From the human T2T-CHM13v2.0 reference genome, Homo sapiens, in assembly GCF_009914755.1 (NCBI RefSeq), contig NC_060929.1: a DNA stretch of 64,000 bases. One strand, written 5' to 3'. Below are positions 56,499 through 64,000 of the stretch, piece by piece; within the stretch, counting starts at the first letter, position 1; the number at the start of each line of letters is the position of its first letter. The notes under the pieces are model-generated. The model was given only the letters and a program-made list of their open reading frames with translations. It did no database searches and was not told the DNA's origin. A program made the translations under genes and the position numbers.

Positions 56499-57252
56499 CT
56501 CACTCTACCTGGCGTAAGCCCGCAGCTGGAGCTCCTTATTCTACCCACTTCTGTGTGTCAGGAGAAGGTGCTGGCTACTTCTTGCAGTGAAGGAATTCCT
56601 CCGAGCTAGGGATGCTCCGTGCTGATCCCTTTGGGCAGCACCACTCAAGTCACCCTCGAAAATGGCTTGCCTTGGCGAGGTCAGGCTGTTTGGGAGTAGA
56701 GGGTGTGTGTGGCTCCTGCAGCCCCCACAATCTCAGGAGCCAAAGATGAGCACCTGTGGCTGTGAGGGCAGCAGTGGGCCTCTCCTATCTCCCAGTGCCT
56801 GTGCACGTCTCTATCTGTGTGACAAAGCACAATGGGGGGCACTGTGCCAGCTGACAGGCACAAGAATGTCAGTGTGAGCTCCCTGGAGAACGGAACAGGA
56901 GAAAATGAAAATGCAGTAAGGAAGCTCAAGGGCCATGTTGTGGGCTGCCGGGGAAGGTGGATGGGGGATCGTCAGAAAAGGAGGAATTCACTACTTGCGA
57001 GGCTGGCATGACTTTGCTTCTATCTCCACTGGTAGCCCACGCTGGGCGTGAGAATAGCCTTTGCCCTGGGGATGAGGATTCTCCCATTAGCCCCTCCAGA
57101 ATTCCCTCAGACGACCTCATGGTGAGGGCTGCTGTGCACCACGGAAGCTATATAATGGGGCATGTTCTCCGCTGTCCAAGTGATGGCTCCATGCTGGCCT
57201 GGCTAGCCCCTAGCCTTTCCTACCCCACACGTGCCAATCACCTCCCTCCACG

Positions 57253-58499
57253 TGATGGCCGCTGCCATCACAGGGGCTGCAGCAGGGAGGCCTGGCTGGG
57301 GCTGCATACTTCACGGAGCCAGTAAGAGCTCTGCCCCTTCTGAGATGGGGTGGGAGCTCCCCGGGTACCGCTGCAGTCACCCAAACTGTGACTGCAGACC
57401 CAGGCCTCCTGCTGTACAGATCAGGCAGGATCCCAACCCTCCTGTGTGGGTCTACAGCCACCCAAACTGCAGCTGTGGATCCAAGCCTCCCTGAGCTCCT
57501 GGGTGGGAGCCAGGGGCAGGCAGGATCTGCCCTTCTGCGTGCAGCTGCAGCCACCCAACCCACAGCTGCAGACCTCAGCCTCCTGCTCCACGGAGGAGGC
57601 AGGAGCCAGGACAAGCAGGAGCCCTGCCCCTTCCGAATTGATGGGGCAGGAGCTCCCCGGGTGCAGCTTCGGCCACCCTCCCAGGAGCAGGACCCCGGCA
57701 TCTGTGCATTCTGCACCTCCAGGGCCTGGGAAGAACCACCCTGTACCCAGCCCCCCAACCCCCATCCCTGCAGGCTCAGGGCTGTCTGCTTCCCACTGCC
57801 TGGCCTCTCTCTGCTCCCACTCTCAGAGCGGGGTTGGGGCCTAGCCAGGGACCATAAATGGCAGTGGGAGGCAGACAGAGTCCCTGGAGGGAGAAGGCGG
57901 GTCCCCAGTAAGGCCCCGCCTTCAGGCCAGGGAGGGCCTGAAGGCCTGGCTGCCAGTCCCTCTGACTGGAGTGGGGACTTGTGGTGTCTCCCTCTGGCTG
58001 CCCATGGACCAATCAGCATGCACTTCCTCCCCTCTGAGGTGCATAAAAGCCTGAGGCTCAGCCAGAGCAGGGCAGAGGATGGAGAAACGATGGGATGGCC
58101 AGCTGCAGAGAGGAGCTACCCTCTCTGCTGAGAGCTTCAGAGACCTGCAGAGGTGTTCAGAACAACTTGCCTGTGGAGAGGAGCCACTCTCTCCAGGGAC
58201 TTCTGTCTGCTGAGAGCAGCAGGTGGCAGGAGGACCAGTGGGCAGAGAGGAGCTACCCTCTCAAGGGCCTTCTCTGCTGAGAGCTGAACACTCAGTGGGA
58301 GGGGAGGACTTACCTACAGAGAGGAGCTCACTGCAGATCACCTCTGAGCTGTTCTAGCATTCAATAAAGCTTCTCTGCATCTTCTTCACCCTTCACTTGT
58401 CTGTGTACCTCATGACCTCATTCTTCCTGGAGGCAGGACAAGAACTCAGGTGCCACAGAGGTTTCTGGGAAGAAAATTGACACCCAAAAATCCCACACA
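57253..58499 (+). mobile_element. MER52-family ERV1 solo LTR
   Basis: GC-rich U3; ccatggaccaatcagcatgcacttcctcccc; cataaaagcc; agagaggagctaccc repeats; tcaataaagc; gccacagaggtttc terminus. Confidence 0.85.
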
Positions 58500-59412
58500 A
58501 GGACAGATGAGGGTCCATTCTCTCCAGTGGCACCTATAGTCCGCCAGGGGTTCAGCACCTACCTTCATTTTGGATCTGAGCCTTTATGCATTTACTGGGT
58601 CTTGGAATGGGAGGTTCGGCTGGCAGGGACAGCCGCTGTCTACATCTTTCCTACTGCATGATGCGCCTGATATGCAGGCGGTGGTGGCAGGTGGGGTCCC
58701 CCTCCCACATCCCACCAGGGCTGTGTCTAGGAGCCACAGAAGTGGACTCTGCCCATTTCTCTCTCTCTTTGCATTTCTGCTGTGACAATCTCACCTCTCC
58801 CCAGGCAGCATGGAGGAATCCAACCTAAGGGCAATGAAAAGTTTAGGCCATGTTCTCGTTTTCGAGCAGCCCCTCTCTACAAGTGCAATTTTCCTTCTCT
58901 TTCACTTCCCTATGTGGCATGCAAGGGCCTCTGCAATGTGGTCCCATCCACTTCTGTTCAACCTTCCCTTCCACTAGTGAGCCACACACTGGTCTGGCTA
59001 ACCCCTAGCCTTTTCCTACCTCCCACATGCTAATCACCTCCCTCCACGAAGAATGTCTGTCCTCGCAGGCTCTGTCCTCCCGGGCTGCCCATGGCTTCCC
59101 TGATCCTACTGTTTATGCAGCATCCATCTTAAGTATACCCTGTCCTTGAGCCCTCCTCTGTCTCCCCAGGCCCGGGGAACTGCACCCACTGTTTGAGCTC
59201 ACTGTTCAGCCCCTTTTGCTGTCCTAGGGACATCTGTTCACATTAATAAGCCTGGGTGCCCAGTCTCACCAGCCTGTCTGAGCACAGACAGTCACCTCCA
59301 GGTCCATGCCTGAAGCTTGCTGGCTCCCGTCTCCCACCCATGTAGCGCCCTGTCACCTGCAGAGGCCCCTCTACAAACACAGGCACTTCTGGGAGTCCCT
59401 GGGGTGTGCTAC

Positions 59413-59966
59413 TGAGGCAGAAAATTTAAAAATACATATGCCTTCATTCACTCCAAGAAAAGTAACAGGCAAGGCAAGGGTTAAAAAGTAAAGGACAAGT
59501 TTTCCTCTGCCTATAGCAAGCCCACTGCAAGGACAGTTATAACAGTGTCCAGAAAGCCAAGGCCAAAGGAATGGGCTCCAGATACCCGCCGCCCCACTTC
59601 CAGAGCAAGGTTGAAGGAAAAAGAGAGAAAGACAAATTCTTTTACTGTTACTGTTTTCCCAGGCTTCTTAAGCATGATTGTGTTTTACAAATGTCTGTAC
59701 TTAGCCAGTTCTTGTTTTTCTTTCAATGCAGCTACAAAGTCACCCGCTGTGCAAGGCCACAAGTTATGCTATGCTATAGATTATGTGACCTATCATGATT
59801 AGCTGCTTTTGTTTTATTTATTGTAAGTCCACTTACAAAAACCCCGCTCTGTCTTTGTTTAATGCTCAGCTTTTTGGATGTGAGTCCACTGAGCCGGTGT
59901 GTACCTAAAATAAACAATCCTCCTGTTCTTCACATCGGTCTCTCCGGTCCTCAGTTTCCCACAACA
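59413..59966 (+). mobile_element. ERV1 solo LTR (LTR4/LTR15-like)
   Basis: TG...CA termini; near-TSD ctac/ctgc; aataaa at ~59909. Subfamily uncertain. Confidence 0.7.
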
Positions 59967-60599
59967 CTGCATGTGCTTGAGCTGCTCGTGCCTCAGCTCT
60001 GGCCTGTTCCCTGGAGGGGACGTCAGTGTGGGCTGCAGCTGGGTGGCTGGTGCCTCAGTCCGCTAATGCCCAAGTTGCACCATGGCCTACAGTAAGATGG
60101 GGTGGGCTGGGCTGGGGTAGTGCTTGCTGCTTCTTTTCTGACCTCTTCTCCACTAGAGAAATCCCAATCCAGCACCCTCCTGCATTTCTAAGTTGCACGT
60201 GAACAGGTTTTGCAGGTTGCCTCACGACAATGCCCCCAGGATTTGTTCCTTACTGACCTTGTCCTGAGGAGAAGGTTATGGTGGGTTAAAAATTGGTCAT
60301 CAGCCCCTTCCTCGTGGTTAGTTAGTGGAGACTGCAGTCTACTCTCTTTCACTGTTCGGGGACTGCTACCCTGCCTCCTTGGAGTCCGAGCTTCACTGGC
60401 ACAAAGACCCTGAACCCAGCTGGAGCGTTTTCTCCTCACTTTGAGCCTCTGCAGCTGTCGCTCTCTACAAAGCTCTCAGATACCTTTCCCCTCCTTCTGT
60501 GACCCTGGAGAGATATTTTACATGGGAATTCAAGATTTTTCTCAGAGACAGGATGTGACGACTTCCTTGTTTTGTTCTATCCATCTTGGTTTCCATAGC

Positions 60600-60814
60600 C
60601 AAGGGCAGAGCAAACGGCATATATCTTAGGGTGGAAGATGGATAAATAATTCTGTCACACGTGCCCTGGCCTCTGGAGCTCAGCTGCCAGTCCACGTCTA
60701 GGGAATCTTAGCATCTGGGACCAAGACACTTTACAGCAATCATCACCCTTTGCAGAGGAGGTGAGCTCACCAGGACTCATCTGCCATTTCAGACCTTTTG
60801 CTGCTACCTGCCAG
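60600..60814 (+). other. BTNL9: BTNL9 non-coding exon 1 (5' end approximate); intron 1 runs to the window end
   Basis: Matches my recall of the BTNL9 5'UTR (...ttcagaccttttgctgctacctgccag); consensus donor CAG|gtaagt at 60814/60815; expected gene order BTNL3 then BTNL9. Confidence 0.75.
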
Positions 60815-63564
60815 GTAAGTGGCTCATTCTCAACAGCTGCCTACACCTCCATCTTTCAGAAACGGCAATCAGAAAATGAAGGTGGGAGGCTTTGGGAAGG
60901 CGTACAATTAGTGGCACCATTTTATTATCCGAGCTTGGCCGCAGCATGGGATGTTTCGAGTGTGGCCAAGAGGAGATGTCCACGCCCGTTTAGGTGGGCC
61001 GCATCTCAGGAGGCAGGATCCTGATACATCCCATTGCCCCCACCAGACGAAAAAGATTTCAAGCCTCATTGCGGTTCCCTTCTTGGGGCAGTCCATCTTC
61101 CTTAGAGACTAAGAGGGTGGAAATCCTCTTGTGGACCTATCGAAATCAAACCAGCGCAGGCAGTGAGCACTAGCTGGGGTCTGCCGGGGGGAAGGGCATT
61201 GCAGGGGGTGTCGGGGAGGCCCGTGGGAGAGGGCCAAGGCCCCACTGACACCTGCGGACTTGCAGCTTGGGGAGTGGAGGACAGGAGACAGGCAAAATTC
61301 ACCAGTTACACAGCTTACAGAAGTAGCAAAGCAAAGACTATACTTCAGGGATAATTTCTGTACTTTGTTACTAGAGAAGTTTTCCACTCTGGGACCCCAC
61401 AGTCTCCGCAGACATATGCAGAGCAAAAAATACTTCCTGTGTTTGGGAGAGCAAGAGACATGGCATTTATTAATAACATGGATTTTCCTGCCAGGTTTCA
61501 TAACGTGGTCATTTAAGTGTGAAATGTAGTCTTAAAATTATGTTAGAGAATCCCCAAGGTTTTGCTCTGCCCCCATGGAAACACTGGGATCGCTCAGGAC
61601 GCCAACAGCTGCATAGCAGGCGAGGGACTCCTGTGGGAGGACGTGGCCTGTGGACACTGCCAGGTTCGGAGATGTCCTTGGGAGATTTACTATTTGTCAG
61701 GAAGATAGTGTTAAGTTCAGGCAAATAATTATATGTGTGGACAGAATCTGAAATTCACCAATAGAGTAAGTAAGAGTGAGAGATTGTGAATGTGTAATAC
61801 AAATGGAAAAGCAGGTTTTATTTTGTTAAGTTATTCACCAGGGAACCAACTGAAGTTCCTTCTAATCCTCTTTTTCTCCATTCTTGCTTTGCTGAAAGTT
61901 GGAGAAAAGGACATGTGTAGAGAAAATGGGATGCTTCAGGGTGGCTCAGAGGACACCAATCCATAGTGATTCGCCTGAGTTTGTCAGGTGGAAGCAGTGA
62001 TTTTTAAGAGTCACTGATTAAAAACAAACAGTCCTAAGTGTATTAGGGAGATGCCATTTATTTGTGAATCAAAAACTTTTCTCAGTCTCTTAAATTATGG
62101 TTTTCCTGTAATAAGAATGATTTATATTTTTAGTGAAAAGTTGTTTTCCTTTCAAATACAGACTTTTTAAAAAGACTTAGTTTGAGTAAGTACCTTTTCA
62201 TTTGATGCTTTTCTTGTGCCTAACCTTAGGAAATCCAGAATAGTATTTGACAGAAATTATGTTTTCAACTTGCCTTTGACATCTGTCCCACTGCATTTTG
62301 CTTTAAAATTCTTTATTTAACAATAAATTATCTAAAAAAATAACAGTAGCAAAGCAAAAAGTACTCATCTTTAAAGACAGACTCGACGGAGGGACCGGAA
62401 ATCAGAAAAACATCAGGGTTGTTTAGGAATTGCAGGTGCAGGAGGAGAGAACAGGAGTGGGGCGGGCTGGGGGCAATGAGAGAGCAAGAAGAAAAGAAAA
62501 ATAAAAAGAGAAGGAGAAGAAAGAAATGGGCTTTTGCTGGGTGCAGGCAGTGACATTTCTCAGGACCCCTTATTTCTCCCTGTGCCTTCCGGAGGGAGCA
62601 GCCCAAGGCTCCTGGGAGGACAAGCAGCACGTGCCCGCCGGCAGAGCTCAGCTCCAGCTGGAGGACCCCTTTGTGGTCCTTGCGCACACTGGGTTTTCCT
62701 TCTTCCCCAAATATCCGACGCGTCCAGTCCCTTACTCCTTCCCCAGGCAAAACCTCCTCACCAGGAACAACCTGAAATCAATTTACACTGTAATCAAAAT
62801 AGCAGAGGGTGGAAAGTGTTTCCTTCGAGGAGGGGACTTACGCTTCAAGTAAGGATTGAGCACCCTGGATCCTTAACTGAAGAGTGAGGTCAGAAAGGGC
62901 GGACGCACAGCAGCAAACGGGGAGGAGGGTGCTGTCCAGGAGCCGCTGACTTTTCCCTTCAGGAAGCTGCCAGACCATCTCTCTCTGCTAAAGGCTTTCA
63001 AGATGATACCCTTGAGTGTTGGGAGCAAAGGGACCAGGTACCTGTTCCTCCTGGCTCAGAAGATGCTCTTGACAAAGTCTTAGGGAGACCTCAGCTTTAA
63101 GTTGTTTTATCTGGCAGCGGGATTTTAAATTTTGTATTCATTAGTTGGCTGGTTGGCTGGTTTTGTGGCTGGCACCGTGTGAGCCGGTCGCTTCTTCAGT
63201 GCCTCTGTGTGATGGCAGGTTAGGGTGAGTGTTTGGTCTGTGGCCAGCTGGTTCCTGAGACGGTCATGGTTTTGGGTAACAGGAGTGACGGAAGGGTGTA
63301 CCCAGACACACGACGTAGCTGGTGAGGAATCTGAATTCGAGAAGTGCAGAGCGAGGCTCTGGAACCAGACAGTGGGTGGAACCCCACCCCACCACTCACC
63401 CACTGTGTGCAGGAGCAAGTCACTCAGCTCCTGGGCCTCCGTTTCCTTATCTATAATTTGGACCTATTAGTAATAATAATAATAAAAATAATAATACTGA
63501 GGTATAGATAAGTGCTTGATAGATAGGAAGTACCCAATGCATGTTAGTTTTATTACTGTCAGCA

Positions 63565-63693
63565 CGTGTGTGTGTGTGTATGTGTCTGTGTGTGTGCATC
63601 TGTGTGTGTGTCTATGTGTGTGTCTGTGTGTGTGTGCATGGGTGTGTCTGTGTGTGTGTGCATGTGTGTGTGTCTGTGTGTGTGTGTGTGTGT
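63565..63693. repeat. Imperfect (TG)n microsatellite
   Basis: Direct inspection. Confidence 0.95.
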
Positions 63694-63784
63694 CTACAAT
63701 CCTCCTCCCCTGAAGATTCCATGATGGGAATCACACGGGTGTATCACAACAGAGAACTGAGGTCCCTCTAGCACTTCCACGGTT

Positions 63785-63866
63785 CTGGAACATCCTGCCC
63801 CAATCCCCTGTCCCCAGGAGGTGGCAGCCTGCCCCCAGTCCAGGGAAATTGGAGTGAGTGCTCCTT
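63785..63866 (-). ncRNA. MIR8089: Annotated microRNA hairpin miR-8089 (mature 63795-63818)
   Basis: The reverse complement of 63795-63818 is CCUGGGGACAGGGGAUUGGGGCAG, the recalled miR-8089; it lies antisense in BTNL9 intron 1. Confidence 0.7.
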
Positions 63867-64000
63867 CTGTGAGAAGGCCAGCTGTGGGACCTGTCTCGCG
63901 CCCCATTACCACCTTATGAGCAGACCTGTGTCACAACCTAACACAACCTCGACTAATTCCCCAGAACCCAACCCATCTGAATGGATGCATAAACACACCC

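Noticed and set aside
57210-58131. Overlapping 269-aa and 247-aa ORFs
   Set aside because: Both lie within the GC-rich MER52 LTR, are stop-poor by composition and show no recognisable domain.
60130-60620. PPAR/nuclear-receptor DR1 element in the BTNL9 promoter
   Set aside because: Only half-sites or weak matches (tgaccttgtcct, agggcagagcaaa); not distinguishable from chance by eye.

Overview
Human genomic DNA (it carries a human-specific AluYb8), recognised as the BTNL3-BTNL9 interval of the chr5q35.3 butyrophilin-like cluster. In order: (i) a degenerate ERV1 internal region (minus strand) split by a full-length, TSD-flanked ARPP19 processed retrocopy (2544-7946) that still has an intact 112-codon ORF; (ii) the complete BTNL3 gene (8 coding exons, 9400-26256, 1401 nt, 466 aa: signal peptide, IgV, IgC, TM, three micro-exons, B30.2/PRY-SPRY); (iii) a U6 snRNA retrocopy that shares one TSD with a full-length L1PA, which itself holds two further nested L1s (27665-38390); (iv) older L1 debris, many Alus and four solo LTRs (MER61-like, LTR12, MER52, an ERV1 LTR); (v) the non-coding first exon of BTNL9 and the MIR8089 hairpin. 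I found no convincing new protein-coding system. The best leads are the ARPP19 retro-ORF (strong Kozak, all internal Met lost, altered Greatwall motif), a 31-bp-period CCAAT array inside it upstream of BTNL3, the U6/L1 nested composite, an Alu 3' transduction and a micro inverted-triplication. Gene and repeat names and parent-protein comparisons come from my recall of known sequences, not from database searches. Repeat boundaries are approximate unless a TSD is given.
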